Assembly (NCBI GenBank): GCA_963804995.1
Contig: CAWDSK010000006.1
Span: 896,001-960,000 of the forward strand
DNA length: 64,000 nt
Origin: an uncultured Acidobacteriota bacterium
GTDB taxonomy: Bacteria; Acidobacteriota; Terriglobia; UBA7540
Direction: 5' to 3'
Shown here: piece after piece, positions 39,619 through 50,765 of the stretch
Layout of the letters: each line of letters opens with the position of its first letter
How positions within the stretch are numbered: position 1 is the stretch's first letter
Translations under genes and position numbers: made by a program
Notes under the pieces: model-generated
The model's input: only the letters and a program-made list of their open reading frames with translations
What the model was told of the DNA's origin: nothing
Database searches by the model: none

Positions 39619-40530
39619 TCACCTGTGTGTCAGCATATTAAGGGTGTGCAACAAAGTAATCACGGCCGGGCCCAAGATCACCACAAACAGAGCCGGAAAG
39701 ATAAAGATCACCATGGGGAAGATCATCTTGACGGCAGTCTTGGCGGCCATTTCCTCCGCACGCTGCCGGCGTTTGGTGCGCAAATCATCAGAGTGGATGC
39801 GCAGGGCCTGCGCAATGCTGGTGCCGAAACGGTCGGTCTGAATCAGGGTGGCCACCAGCGCTTTGACGTCTTCAACGCCGGTCCGCGCGGATAGGGAACG
39901 TAACGCGTCGAGGCGACTCTTCCCCACGTTGACCTCGGCATTGACAATGTCGAATTCTTCCGACAATTCCGGATGGGCAATCCTCAACTCCTGGCTGACG
40001 TACAAAAGCGACTGATCCATCCCCAAGCCCGCCTCCACGCAAATCACCAAGAGATCGAGGGCGTCAGGCAACGCCAGTTGGATTGTCAATTGCCGTTTCG
40101 CCACACGCCGGGTCAGCCAATAGTCCGGCCCGAAGAATCCCACTATCGCCGCCATTAGAATAATGAACACGGGATTCTGCTTATAGAATCCCGTGATGAA
40201 GACCAAACCCTCCAGCACAACAATCGCCATAATCCGGGCGGCCCGCATGGCCATTGCCGCTTCCGGCTTCCTATAGCCGGCCCGTACCAGCAAGATGTTC
40301 GGCTCCGCAGTTCCGCTCGACGACGTCGGTATGATACTGCCCAAGATTCCGAGGATCCACGCCCCAAGTTCGTTGCGCTTTTCCGCAAAGTCCGCAGCTC
40401 GGGAGGTCGGTATGCGCCAGAGGCGGCCGAGACGTTCCGTGACGAGCAGACGGCCGCTAGAAAACGCGAAAGTCAACGCCATCATAACCACCATGACCGC
40501 CACGAAGATGATAACTACGGACCCGATCAT
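39619..40530 (-). CDS. tadC: Tad pilus platform protein TadC
   Basis: LPDALDLLVICVEAGLG, LIQTDRFGTSI, RAEEMAAK.AVKM.FP. Confidence 0.9.
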   Translation of the reverse strand: MIGSVVIIFVAVMVVMMALTFAFSSGRLLVTERLGRLWRIPTSRAADFAEKRNELGAWILGILGSIIPTSSSGTAEPNILLVRAGYRKPEAAMAMRAARIMAIVVLEGLVFITGFYKQNPVFIILMAAIVGFFGPDYWLTRRVAKRQLTIQLALPDALDLLVICVEAGLGMDQSLLYVSQELRIAHPELSEEFDIVNAEVNVGKSRLDALRSLSARTGVEDVKALVATLIQTDRFGTSIAQALRIHSDDLRTKRRQRAEEMAAKTAVKMIFPMVIFIFPALFVVILGPAVITLLHTLNMLTHR

Positions 40531-40554
40531 GACCCCACTATCTCCTCGTGATTC

Positions 40555-41526
40555 TCAGACGTTGATGCGGACGATCTTCCACAGCATGGTCGCCCCGATC
40601 AGTTGCATGCAAGCGGCCATGGCAAGCATATACTGTCCCCACCGGTCAGTGAACAGCACGTTGATGTATTCGGGATTGACTACCTTGAGGACCACCAGCA
40701 TGAAGATGGGCAACGCAATCAGGATTCCCGCGGTAAGTCGACCTTGGGCGGTCCGAACCCTCACCTCACCCCCAATTCGAAACCTCTCCCGAATAACATG
40801 CGACAGATTGTCCAGAATTTCTGCCAGGTTTCCTCCCGTTTCCTTCTGAACCAGAAGCGCAATCACAAAGAACCGCACGTCCACCAAGGGCACTCGTTCA
40901 CACAGATTCAGAAGCGCGTCACGGAGCGGCAAACCGAAGCGCTGTTCGTCAAACGTGGTGCGAAACTCTCCAGCGACCGGTTCCGCCAAATCCGTGGACA
41001 CGATTTCCAGTCCCGCCGTGAAGGAGTGCCCGGCGCGCACCGAACGAGACAGTAAATCGATAACTTCGGGGAATTGTCTTTCGAAAGCTTTCAACCTTTG
41101 CGAACGCTTAACGGCGATGTAACCCAGGGGAGCGAGGGCAACAGGGATGGCAACCAGTAACGCCAATAAGGGGTTGCTGTAGGCAATGTCGGTGACTTCG
41201 TAGGCCAAACCTCCCAGCACCCCACAGGTCAGCACCATTGTGCCTGGCCTCACCCGCATGCCCGCTTGGGAAATAAGGCCGCGGAGATGCGTCACCCACC
41301 CCCAGCGCAGAAGGAAGCGGTTCAGCGTGGGGATGCTACTGAGGAGTTCGTCACGGATCAACTGCGCGCCTGCTAAGGAGGCCTTGCCAAAAGCCGTACC
41401 CTTTTCGATGGCTTCGAGGCGTCCTTGCACAATGTTCCCTGGCCGGGCACCCCCCGCCAACAGAACAACTATCAGCAGGGCACCAAGAACCATGAAGAAG
41501 ATTAGACCCACCAAGAGCAATTGCAT
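40555..41526 (-). CDS. tadB: Tad pilus platform protein TadB
   Basis: QFPEVIDLL.RS.RAGHS, ETGGNLAEIL, RERF...GEVR..TAQG. Confidence 0.9.
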   Translation of the reverse strand: MQLLLVGLIFFMVLGALLIVVLLAGGARPGNIVQGRLEAIEKGTAFGKASLAGAQLIRDELLSSIPTLNRFLLRWGWVTHLRGLISQAGMRVRPGTMVLTCGVLGGLAYEVTDIAYSNPLLALLVAIPVALAPLGYIAVKRSQRLKAFERQFPEVIDLLSRSVRAGHSFTAGLEIVSTDLAEPVAGEFRTTFDEQRFGLPLRDALLNLCERVPLVDVRFFVIALLVQKETGGNLAEILDNLSHVIRERFRIGGEVRVRTAQGRLTAGILIALPIFMLVVLKVVNPEYINVLFTDRWGQYMLAMAACMQLIGATMLWKIVRINV

Positions 41527-41536
41527 CTTGTCATCC

Positions 41537-42832
41537 TTAGCTTTGATGGTGCCGGGGGGGTTCAAACATCGACACAGGCAAATTGACACCGGAGGCCACC
41601 AGTCGTTCTGTGAGCCGGGGTCGAATCCCGGTGGCAACAAACTCTCCCAAGACGGCGCCATTTTCTGCGAGGCCTATTTTCTTCCATCCGAAGATTTCCT
41701 GCATACTAATAACGTCGCCTTCCAGCCCGGTGATCTCCGAGATACTCACTACCTTGCGAGTGCCGTCACTCAAGCGGCTGACCTGCACGACCACGTCGAT
41801 GGCGGAGGCAATCTGGCGGCGCGTGGCCACCTCCGGCAGGTGCAAATTGGACATCGCCACCATGGTCTCCAAGCGTCCCAGAGCATCGCGAGCGGAGTTG
41901 GCGTGGATGGTGGTGAGGGAGCCGTCATGACCCGTATTCATCGCCTGGAGCATGTCGAGCGATTCCTCGCCCCGCACCTCACCCACGATGATTCGGTCGG
42001 GGCGCATCCGCAAGCTGTTAATCACGAGCTGCCTTTGCATGACCGCGCCCTTCCCCTCGATGTTGGGAGGACGCGTCTCCAGCCGCACCACGTGGTCCTG
42101 ATGAAGCTGCAATTCCGCCGCATCTTCAATGGAGATGATGCGCTCGCGATTCGAAATGAATGACGAGAGAACATTCAAGAGGGTCGTCTTTCCCGCCCCG
42201 GTGCCTCCCGAAATCAAAATGTTCAAGCGCGCGTAGACACTGCCGCGGAGCAGCGCCAGCATCCCGGAAGTGAGGGACTGAAAGCGCAGCAGATCATCCA
42301 CCGTCAAGGGGTCCCGCCCGAAACGGCGAATCGACAAGCAAGGCCCATCAATGGCCAGGGGGGGGATGATAGCGTTCACACGCGAGCCGTCGGCGAGCCG
42401 GGCGTCCACCATGGGCGAGGATTCATCCACCCTGCGTCCCACGGCGGAGACAATGCGGTCAATGATGGCGAGCAAGTGAGCTTCATCGCGAAATTGCACC
42501 GCGGTCCGTTCCAGCAACCCCTTTCGCTCCACATACACGCTCTTGTGCGAATTCACCAGGATATCGGAGATCGACGGATCCTTCAGCAGGGGTTCCAGAG
42601 GCCCGAGCCCGAACACCTCGTCGAGAACTTCCTGTGCGAGACGCTCTCTTTCCTGGAGCGTCATCGGGGTGTTCTCGGCGGTGGCCAAGCTTTCGACGAT
42701 TTGGCCCACCTCGGCGCGTACGGTGTCGCGGCCCAACTGGGTCACGCGATCCAAATTGAGCTTTTGGATCAACCGGCGGTGAATTGCCGCTTTCACCCTC
42801 CCGAAATCAGCTTGTTCTACCTGACGATCCAC
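41537..42832 (-). CDS. cpaF: Tad pilus assembly ATPase CpaF/TadA
   Basis: [48 protein letters not shown]. Confidence 0.95.
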   Translation of the reverse strand: MDRQVEQADFGRVKAAIHRRLIQKLNLDRVTQLGRDTVRAEVGQIVESLATAENTPMTLQERERLAQEVLDEVFGLGPLEPLLKDPSISDILVNSHKSVYVERKGLLERTAVQFRDEAHLLAIIDRIVSAVGRRVDESSPMVDARLADGSRVNAIIPPLAIDGPCLSIRRFGRDPLTVDDLLRFQSLTSGMLALLRGSVYARLNILISGGTGAGKTTLLNVLSSFISNRERIISIEDAAELQLHQDHVVRLETRPPNIEGKGAVMQRQLVINSLRMRPDRIIVGEVRGEESLDMLQAMNTGHDGSLTTIHANSARDALGRLETMVAMSNLHLPEVATRRQIASAIDVVVQVSRLSDGTRKVVSISEITGLEGDVISMQEIFGWKKIGLAENGAVLGEFVATGIRPRLTERLVASGVNLPVSMFEPPRHHQS

Positions 42833-42844
42833 TTGCTGCTCCTT

Positions 42845-44017
42845 TTATCTCTTCGAACCAAACAAGCTGAGGAATGCGCCGCGCTTTTCCTCAGAGGTCC
42901 GCTGGGCGCCCGCAATCTCCTCTGCCATGTTGCGGAACCGCTGCACTAATTGATCATTGTGATCACTGGAGATCGCCGTCCCCATGTTCACCGCCTTGCT
43001 TACCTGCCGGAAGTCATTCGGCAAACGCGCAAAAATGGGATACTTGACGCGCTTCTCAAAAGCCACCAGGGGTTCTTCGTCAGCACGGTGCCAGCGATTG
43101 ATGACAATCCGAAAGCGGCCCACGTCGAGGCCCAAGGAGCGAAGCAACGTGAGGTGGCGCTCCAGGCTCCATAAGCTGGGGACGTTGGTCTCCGCTACCA
43201 GGACGATGACCTTTGCCAGGCGCAGAACCGGCGCCCACTCTGACGAGCAACGGGTGCCCAGATCGGCCACCACAAAATCAAAACTGCTCTGCGCCACATT
43301 GATCACGCGGGCCAGGGCCAGCGGTGAGATTCGGTCCCATTCGTCCGCATGCGTAGCCCCGGCCATGACCTGGGCTCCACTCTTATGGACGGCCAGCAAG
43401 CCGCTCAGCAGATGGCTGTCGAGCCGGTCGATACTTTCCACTGCAGCCCGGAACGAAAAACGTGTCTCCAAGTCCAAGAGTAGCGCCGCATGACCCAAGG
43501 ACTGTGCAAAATCAAACAGCACGGTCCGTTTTCCGAGGGAGCGGGCGAACTGGACCGCCAGATTCACTGCCACCGTCGTGGTGCCTACACCGCCCTTCGA
43601 TCCGATGGTAACCACCAGCTTTTCAACTTCCGCCGCCGGCATGCCACGCTGCTGAATCAGCCGCTCCAGCAACTCGCGGAGGACCATAGGGTCGACCGGT
43701 TGGGGGAGAAACTCGCGTACTCCGCTGCGCATGGCTTGCATCAACAAGTCGGAGCCGGGATCTTGAAACGCCGAGCAGGCAATGATACAGGCCGCAGGAT
43801 TCAAGCGGTTCAGTCGCGAGGCAAAATTCAAGGGGGGATTGGGGTCACGTCCAACCTCCACCATGACCACATCCGGAACGGCAGCGCGTGAGGTTGGGCC
43901 CTCGCCCGCCATCAGGTCCCATTGCGCGATGGGCTCCACCAACCCCGTCTGCTGGAGCATGGCCAGCAGGGAGGAACTAGCCTTTGTATCCAAGCTCACC
44001 ACTCCAACGGTCAACAT
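42845..44017 (-). CDS. cpaE: CpaE/TadZ (receiver-like + MinD-like ATPase)
   Basis: AMRSGVREFL, KGGVGTTT.AVNLA. Confidence 0.9.
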   Translation of the reverse strand: MLTVGVVSLDTKASSSLLAMLQQTGLVEPIAQWDLMAGEGPTSRAAVPDVVMVEVGRDPNPPLNFASRLNRLNPAACIIACSAFQDPGSDLLMQAMRSGVREFLPQPVDPMVLRELLERLIQQRGMPAAEVEKLVVTIGSKGGVGTTTVAVNLAVQFARSLGKRTVLFDFAQSLGHAALLLDLETRFSFRAAVESIDRLDSHLLSGLLAVHKSGAQVMAGATHADEWDRISPLALARVINVAQSSFDFVVADLGTRCSSEWAPVLRLAKVIVLVAETNVPSLWSLERHLTLLRSLGLDVGRFRIVINRWHRADEEPLVAFEKRVKYPIFARLPNDFRQVSKAVNMGTAISSDHNDQLVQRFRNMAEEIAGAQRTSEEKRGAFLSLFGSKR

Positions 44018-44074
44018 ACTCCGAACCCTTTCATGCCTTGAGGAGCTTCTGCCTTAAGTTGAATCACGTCACCT

Positions 44075-45547
44075 CTATTTCGCACCCTTGGGTTTTTCTT
44101 TCTCCCGCGGCAGGGGGGGAAGGAAGCTGTCCGGGAACTGCGGGGGCGGGGGGGGTGCTGGAGTTGCCGCCACGTTTATAATGTGCGGGGTCACCATCAC
44201 CAGAAGCTCATCCTGGCTCTTGCTTATCGAACGACTCTTGAAGAGCTGCCCAAGAATGGGTATATCACCCAGGCCGGGGATTTTCGAAAATTGTTCCGTG
44301 ACTTGGTTGTTCATCAAACCAGCGATCACAAAGCTCTGTCCGTCCCTCAAGATCATTTGCGACTCCACGCGCCGGGACGTAACGGAGGGAATCGTGAATC
44401 CTTGAATGGTGAGTGCGTTGGTAAAGTCCAAGGAACTCACCTCCGGAGCTACCTTGAGGTGGACCAATCCGTCCGGAGTTATCATCGGGGTGAAAACCAA
44501 CTTCACTCCAAACTCCCGAAATTGGATGGTGACCACCGGCACGCCACCCGTCGCCCCCTGAACCACTGGAAACGGAAACTGGCCACCCGCCAGGAAGCTG
44601 GCCTCCTTGCCCGTCTCCGCCAGGACGTTCGGCTCAGCTAGGATTTGCAGAAGATTCTTCTCCTGCAGCGCCTGGATGACCGCACCAAAGTTAATGTCGG
44701 GGCGAAAGTAAAAGATATTCAACAACTGACCGAGGGTGACTGGAACCCCCGCCGCACTGACTGCGGTGGTGGTCGTGGTGGTCTGGCCCACCCCGACGGT
44801 TTGTCCGGTCTGAAGCGCAGGAGGCGAAAACTGCCCCGTACTCGTCGTAACAACGTTTTTCGATGGAGAGGTGCTCAGAAGGTTGGTACCAAATTGCCTT
44901 AAGATGGACCGGTCCACGTCCGCGAACTTAACCTCCAGCAATACCTCCCCAGTGGTAGGGGCGATTGGCACATCCAAAAGGCTCACCACTTGGTCCTTGC
45001 GGGGAACCATGGCCTGGGCGATAGCAACTACCCGATCCGCCACGACTTGGGAGGAGACCCGCCCTGAAAGCGTTACCAATCCCCCGCTCGCTTCCACCCG
45101 AATGGGTTCGTTAGGCAAGACCTGGTGGATTCTTGCCGCCATCTCGCCCACATCCAGGTCAATGAAAACATCAAAGGTCTGGCTCTGCCCGGATTCATCC
45201 CAGATCACCAGTGAAGCCGCGCCGGGCCCCTTACCGGTGATAAGAATCTGATTGGGATTCACCGCCAGGGCGTCCACTACGGCAGGGTCCGCCAGTGAAA
45301 CGCGCGTAATACGCGCCGGAGAGGTAATTACCAGGGATCGTCCGGCAAGCAAATGCAGAGCTTCTGCGGAGGGGTTGGCCGGGGTTTGCTGCGCCGCCGG
45401 GGCGCTCGCTTGGGCCGCTGACACGACACCGCGCCGTGGTCCCAAACCAACCAGCGTCAGCAGAATGGATGCCAGCGGCACTGCCGCCAGCATCAGCCAA
45501 ATGCTTCTGGTCTTTGACACGTTCATGGGGCCGCCTAATATTTGCAT
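44075..45547 (-). CDS. cpaC: Tad secretin CpaC/RcpA with BON domain
   Basis: LAEPN, SFLAGG.FP.P, EFGVKL.FTP, PEVSSLD, IPGLGDIPILG.LFKS. Confidence 0.9.
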   Translation of the reverse strand: MQILGGPMNVSKTRSIWLMLAAVPLASILLTLVGLGPRRGVVSAAQASAPAAQQTPANPSAEALHLLAGRSLVITSPARITRVSLADPAVVDALAVNPNQILITGKGPGAASLVIWDESGQSQTFDVFIDLDVGEMAARIHQVLPNEPIRVEASGGLVTLSGRVSSQVVADRVVAIAQAMVPRKDQVVSLLDVPIAPTTGEVLLEVKFADVDRSILRQFGTNLLSTSPSKNVVTTSTGQFSPPALQTGQTVGVGQTTTTTTAVSAAGVPVTLGQLLNIFYFRPDINFGAVIQALQEKNLLQILAEPNVLAETGKEASFLAGGQFPFPVVQGATGGVPVVTIQFREFGVKLVFTPMITPDGLVHLKVAPEVSSLDFTNALTIQGFTIPSVTSRRVESQMILRDGQSFVIAGLMNNQVTEQFSKIPGLGDIPILGQLFKSRSISKSQDELLVMVTPHIINVAATPAPPPPPQFPDSFLPPLPREKEKPKGAK

Positions 45548-46375
45548 TTAGTTGGGAAATGACTGAACGTCAACTTTGCCCCCCCGGATAACTTGTACCG
45601 GCCACTGAGGCGGCGGAGCGGGCGCCTGCTGCTGCACAACTTTCGTCACCACCTTGCGAGGCGCCTCTACGGGAGCCGAACCCGCGAAGAGAGCATTGCC
45701 ATAAGCCGGAGGCGGATTCACGTCTGCCGTGTCAGTTGTATTGCGCAGCATCAAGTGGATCCTGCCATTGGCCGAAGCCAGTGTCAGCTTCTCAGCCTGC
45801 TCCGGTGTCACCAACAAGGTCACCACCGGAACCGTCTGCGGCTTGCCGTTAGCGTCTGGTTGCACCTGCTGGCCTGCCGCCAGCACTGGAATGTGCTCGA
45901 GGATGGTGCGGGTCACAAACCCTCCCGGCCCTGTACCCGTCACCATGACATCCACGATCGTGCTCGGCGTTACGAAGCCCGCCACCGCCACCACGTCATC
46001 AACTCCCACGGACACGGCCCGCATACCCGGCGGAATGGCCACTTCGAGGCCTGCTCCACCCTCCCGTGGCTCCAGCTTTTGTTCCAGGATGTCTTCATTC
46101 TCCACCAGGGGGGTTATCACGGCCCGGCCGATGCAATCTTCTTTCCGCGAAAAGCTTCCCTTCGGCATTTGAGCCGACGGCCAGTCCACCACCTTCAGAT
46201 CTTCGGGCCCCAGACGTTGGCCTAGCTTCAGAGGAGCCGCTGCCACCACCACCTGGGTCCTCCTGATCTCGCCCCCCTTCTGGGCCTGTTGGAGCTGCGT
46301 ATAAACATAGCGGCTGGCCAGGAACGCCACCACAAGTGCCAAGCCCAACCCCAGCAACATTCGGTCTCTATTCAT
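45548..46375 (-). CDS. cpaB: Flp pilus assembly protein CpaB/RcpC
   Basis: SAF domain VVVAA; PGMRAVSV, VAGFV.P, VTLLVTPEQAE.L. Confidence 0.9.
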   Translation of the reverse strand: MNRDRMLLGLGLALVVAFLASRYVYTQLQQAQKGGEIRRTQVVVAAAPLKLGQRLGPEDLKVVDWPSAQMPKGSFSRKEDCIGRAVITPLVENEDILEQKLEPREGGAGLEVAIPPGMRAVSVGVDDVVAVAGFVTPSTIVDVMVTGTGPGGFVTRTILEHIPVLAAGQQVQPDANGKPQTVPVVTLLVTPEQAEKLTLASANGRIHLMLRNTTDTADVNPPPAYGNALFAGSAPVEAPRKVVTKVVQQQAPAPPPQWPVQVIRGGKVDVQSFPN

Positions 46376-46379
46376 GCTT

Positions 46380-46943
46380 TCATCCCAGTTTTGTGAATAA
46401 CCGAATTACGGATAGTCCCGCGAATAATAAGCCCGTTGCGAGCGCCGCCGCCACACCAAATGGAATCTTCAATAACCCCGGATTGTCCAGTGTGATCGCG
46501 CGAGCGTTGCCAACCTGAAAAGTAGAATACGCGACGAAGAGCACCCAGAGATTGGAAAGAGTTTCTCGCACTTTCCCCTGCCGCACGATCTCCACCACGG
46601 ACATCAAACCTGCAATCAGGACCGAGCCTAGGAGCACTACGATCATTCTCTGCGGCCCCAAAAAAGCCCCCAGCGCCCCCATCAATTTCCAATCACCCGC
46701 GCCCAAACCACGCATCACGACGAACGGTAGCAGCAACCCGAGGCTAATACCCGCACCTTCCAGGGCAACCTTAGCCCCCGGCCATCCGCCCAAGGCCCCC
46801 CGCAGAAACACGCCTACTAGCAGTGCAGGAACGGTGAGGCGGTTGGGGATTTTTCGTGAACGCCAATCAATCCAACCTGCCCACCCGGCCAAAGCCATCG
46901 CACTCACCGAAATTACAACCTCTTTCCACAAACTGCCAACCAC
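46380..46943 (-). CDS. cpaA: A24 prepilin peptidase CpaA/TadV
   Basis: D.RSRKIPN.L, GAGDWKL, IPFGVA. Confidence 0.85.
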   Translation of the reverse strand: MVGSLWKEVVISVSAMALAGWAGWIDWRSRKIPNRLTVPALLVGVFLRGALGGWPGAKVALEGAGISLGLLLPFVVMRGLGAGDWKLMGALGAFLGPQRMIVVLLGSVLIAGLMSVVEIVRQGKVRETLSNLWVLFVAYSTFQVGNARAITLDNPGLLKIPFGVAAALATGLLFAGLSVIRLFTKLG

Positions 46944-47403
46944 CTTGTCTCCGCCATGCCCTCCAGCTCACCCCCGGTTTCCCCGCGTAACACCGCCGGG
47001 ATCACTACGGAGGTCGTCCCTGCAGAGCAAGGCATCCACCCTCACCCTACCGGGAGCTGGCGATTTCCCGACTGATTCCGTGCCGCCAGCAACCGAATCT
47101 CATGAGCGCCTAATATTTAGGCAAAAACTAATGAGAAAGCTGCCGTGACAATCAGAAGCTCCACTACATCTCACTGCATCGAACTCAACCCGGCTGCACG
47201 AGTGAGCGCATGACCAAAGCGGCAAATGGAGTCCCCGCAGGTTGCGCGCGCCGGCCCGGCGTGTGCTTCTAGGCCTGCCGCCTCAGCGGCTTCATAAGAA
47301 TCCGCTGAGCACCGCTTGCCCCCCGCGGTCAAGCCTAAATTGGCGCCCCTTAATGCGAGCAACCAGTTTGCGGAGGGCATGCAGTGGCTTCGGGGACAGC
47401 ACA

Positions 47404-47577
47404 CTAACTCGTCCCCGTCAAGCTAGTCGAGGCGCTTTGAAAAATGGCGCTGATTGCGCTGGCCACTGTCTTCATCGAGACAATTGCGGCAAGGGCAATC
47501 AAGGTTACGAGCAAAGCGTATTCCACAAGGTCCTGGCCTTCTTCATCCCGCCAGAGTCGATTCAAGAGATTTTGCAT
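47404..47577 (-). CDS. flp: Flp pilin (57 aa, absent from the ORF track)
   Basis: MQNLLNRLWRDEEG|QDLVEYALLVTLIALAAIVSMKTVASAISAIFQSASTSLTGTS; G|xxxxEY motif; RBS GGAGG. Confidence 0.9.
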   Translation of the reverse strand: MQNLLNRLWRDEEGQDLVEYALLVTLIALAAIVSMKTVASAISAIFQSASTSLTGTS

Positions 47578-47769
47578 TCGCCTGTTCCTCCAAAGGGTTA
47601 ACGTTCTGCAACCACTTCACGGTAGCTTGGTATTCGATATATTCAGCTTGGCTGCCAAACTCTCACCGCGCCTGCATACATCAAATCGAACTGTAGTTAA
47701 AGGGGTTGTTGCCAGACTTTTCACGCACAGTCATATTATCTAACTGCGGTTTCGTTCTGTCGCCAGCTC

Positions 47770-47798
47770 ATACTGACAGGTAAACAACCTTCTGTCAA
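47770..47798 (-). promoter_or_regulatory. Candidate flp/tad promoter overlapped by an inverted repeat
   Basis: TTGACA-N17-CAGTAT on the minus strand; TGACAG-N12-CTGTCA at 47774-47797. Confidence 0.45.
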
Positions 47799-48221
47799 GT
47801 GCTCAATTCACCGGCGCGCAAGTGAATTTAGGCTACCTTCAGCCAATCCGTCCTATTTCGAGACGGCAGCATCTTACCATAGCTTCTATTATATTTACAG
47901 CGGGTTTAATGTGGTTTATGGCTTTAGCAATGCTAAGGGAGATATTCAGCCCACCAAGTCAGACCGACTCCTGAAGGCACCGAAGTGTGGATATACTATC
48001 CGTTTCTGAGAATTGCATGTCGGCGTACCTAAAGACCTCCGGATGGTGGGCTTGCATAACCGGGGCAGCCTCCCTTAGTATTCGATTGTTGTCATGGGAG
48101 CGGATGAAACAACCTGACTATGCTTTCGCCCACCGACGGGCTGTCTTGTGCAGCGGCGCCTCGAACATGCAAGCGAAAACAATAATCGCAAGAGGGTAAG
48201 AAGGACTGAGGAACACGCGTC

Positions 48222-49031
48222 GTGCTAAATGGAAAGAGAATCTTCGTCGTGATGCCAGCCTATAACGCCGCCCGGACGTTGCGCCAAACCTGTGCCGAAC
48301 TACCTCGGGAGATTGTGGACGAAGTGCTGTTGGTTGACGACCACAGTTCTGACTCAACCGTGGAGTTGGCGCGCGAGCTAGGCCTGACCACCTTCCTGCA
48401 TCACCGCAATCTTGGCTACGGCCGCAACCAGAAAACCTGTTACCGTGAAGCCCTGCGACGGGGCGCCGACCTGGTGGTGATGCTCCACCCCGATTACCAG
48501 TATTCTCCCAAGCTCGTCACGGCCATGGCGAGCCTGATTGCCTATGGTGAGTACGATGCCGTGCTGGGTTCGCGGATTCTGGGCCGTGGAGCGTTGAGCG
48601 GCGGCATGCCTCTCTATAAGTACATTTCCAACCGCTTTTTGACCCTCTTCGAAAACCTCCTGCTCAACTACAAACTCTCTGAATACCACACCGGCTATCG
48701 GGCTTTTTCGAGCGAAGTCCTTAGGGCCTTGCCCCTGGAAGAAAATTCCGATGATTTTGTTTTTGACAACCAGATGTTGGCGCAGGTCATATACCTGCGC
48801 TATCGCATCGGAGAGGTGTCTTGCCCCACTAAATATTTCCCCGAGGCGTCTTCGATCAATTTCTCCCGGAGCGTCAAGTATGGGTTGGGGGTGATGGTGA
48901 CTTCCCTGGAGTTTCGGTTGCAGAGAATGGGCCTGGGGCGATTCCGGTTTCTCGATCCGAACGGTCGAAGATTGGTGGAGGACTATTACCTGGAGATAAA
49001 GGATTCCCACCCCCAGGAAAGTCACACCTAA
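48222..49031 (+). CDS. GT2 glycosyltransferase (DPM1-like polyprenol-phosphate sugar synthase)
   Basis: VVMPAYN, VDD.S.D.T, NLGYG.NQK, HPDYQY, GSR, HTGYRA, FVFD. Confidence 0.85.
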   Translation: MLNGKRIFVVMPAYNAARTLRQTCAELPREIVDEVLLVDDHSSDSTVELARELGLTTFLHHRNLGYGRNQKTCYREALRRGADLVVMLHPDYQYSPKLVTAMASLIAYGEYDAVLGSRILGRGALSGGMPLYKYISNRFLTLFENLLLNYKLSEYHTGYRAFSSEVLRALPLEENSDDFVFDNQMLAQVIYLRYRIGEVSCPTKYFPEASSINFSRSVKYGLGVMVTSLEFRLQRMGLGRFRFLDPNGRRLVEDYYLEIKDSHPQESHT

Positions 49032-49316
49032 CACCGTTCCAACTTTTTGGGACACATCTGCGTAAGCCGATAGCGGGACGATGCGGTGCGAGGCATTAGC
49101 GTATTGCATTGCGACAATGAGTTGGAACGGCCCTAGCATTCGCAGTTCCGCATGAAATTCAGGGTTGATCTTGCTTTGGTGCTCGCGCCTCCCTTCCGAG
49201 GGCGGCTTGGCTAATCGGCGGCCGAGGCTCGCGGGTCGCCTGGTCAGGATCGTGGTGTTGACCGTGGGCGCGGAAGGGCGGTGCAGCCACGGGGATCCCT
49301 GGGAGAAAAATTAAAC

Positions 49317-50765
49317 TTGCCTGAACTCAACGCCGCAAAGCGTGTGGTCATCATTGGCGCCGGCCCCGCGGGTCTAACGGCCGCACTGGAACTCTCGAAA
49401 CATGGCGTTCCGGTGGTGGTACTCGAATCCGACACGATGGTCGGCGGCCTGGCACGCACGGTTGATTATAAGGGCTACTTGTTCGACATCGGCGGGCACC
49501 GTTTCTTCACCAAATGGGAGGAGGTCAGCCGGATTTGGCGAGAGATCCTCGGCGAAAAGTTCCTGCTGCGTCCGCGGCTTTCGCGCATTTACTACCGCAA
49601 GAAATTCTTCTCCTATCCTTTGGACGCGAAAAACGCTCTCCTGGGGCTGGGGCTGATTGAAAGCCTCCGCATCATGGCGAGCTACGTTTACTCGCAGATT
49701 CATCCCTTCCCCAAGGAAGAAAACTTCGAGCAGTGGGTCTCGAATCGCTTCGGCCGGCGTCTCTACGAAATTTTCTTCAAAACCTACACGGAAAAAGTCT
49801 GGGGGGTGCCCTGCACGTCCCTGCGCGCCGAGTGGGCCGCACAGCGTATCCGGGGCTTGTCTTTAAGGACCATCGTTCTCAACGCGCTGTTCCCGCAGAA
49901 ACACCCCAAAGTGAAAACCCTGATCGATCGTTTCCATTACCCCGAGCGCGGCCCCGGTCAAATGTGGGAGACGCTGACCCAACGGCTGATGGCAGCGGGC
50001 CACCGCGTCCTGAGGGAGCGGCGGGTGGTTCGTATCTGCCACAGCCATGGCGTCGTCACACGCGTGATAACTTGCGGCACGAACGGCGAAGAGAGCTATG
50101 AGGGAACGCACTTCATCAGCTCGATGCCCATCCGGGATTTGATTAACGCGCTCGACCCGCCCCCGCCGGAAGCAATCTCCCAGGCAGCGCGCAATCTTCG
50201 TTATCGTGACTTCCTGATCGTCGGCTTGATTATCAACCGCAAGGAGGTCGTTCCGGACAATTGGATTTATATCCACGAGCCAAACGTCAGGGTGGGACGC
50301 ATTCAGAATTTCAAGAACTGGTCGCTCGCCATGGTTCCTGATCCTGACAAGACTTGCCTGGGCATGGAATACTTCGTGTTTGAGAACGACGAACTCTGGT
50401 CTAACTCCGATGAGGTCTTGATCAACCTGGCCCGGCGTGAGATTGTGCAGCTTGGGATCGTGAAAGAAGAAGAAATCGCTGACGGCACGGTGGTCCGGAT
50501 GCCCAAGGCCTACCCCATGTACGGTCCGGGATGGGCGGAACAGGTAGAACAAATCCGCGAGTACCTTCAGAGCAATCTGTCTAATTTGCAACTGGTCGGC
50601 CGTAACGGCATGCACAAGTACAACAATCAGGACCATTCGATGATGACGGCGCTGTGCGCTGCCCGGAACATTTTGGGGGCCAGCCACGATCTCTGGGCCA
50701 TCAATACCGAACCTGATTACCAGGAGGAAGGTGCCATCAAGCCTGCCGAGAAAGGAAGACGATGA
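49317..50765 (+). CDS. FAD-dependent oxidoreductase (UDP-galactopyranose mutase/HemY-like)
   Basis: GAGPAG, DIGGHRFF, YTEKVWG, WAAQRI, WIY, AYP.Y, GRNGMHKYNNQDHS; start TTG 49317 or GTG 49281. Confidence 0.8.
   Translation: MPELNAAKRVVIIGAGPAGLTAALELSKHGVPVVVLESDTMVGGLARTVDYKGYLFDIGGHRFFTKWEEVSRIWREILGEKFLLRPRLSRIYYRKKFFSYPLDAKNALLGLGLIESLRIMASYVYSQIHPFPKEENFEQWVSNRFGRRLYEIFFKTYTEKVWGVPCTSLRAEWAAQRIRGLSLRTIVLNALFPQKHPKVKTLIDRFHYPERGPGQMWETLTQRLMAAGHRVLRERRVVRICHSHGVVTRVITCGTNGEESYEGTHFISSMPIRDLINALDPPPPEAISQAARNLRYRDFLIVGLIINRKEVVPDNWIYIHEPNVRVGRIQNFKNWSLAMVPDPDKTCLGMEYFVFENDELWSNSDEVLINLARREIVQLGIVKEEEIADGTVVRMPKAYPMYGPGWAEQVEQIREYLQSNLSNLQLVGRNGMHKYNNQDHSMMTALCAARNILGASHDLWAINTEPDYQEEGAIKPAEKGRR

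Noticed and set aside
47580..48220. c-di-GMP riboswitch or sigma54 promoter upstream of flp
   Set aside because: No convincing GEMM motif or correctly spaced GG-N10-GC element found by eye
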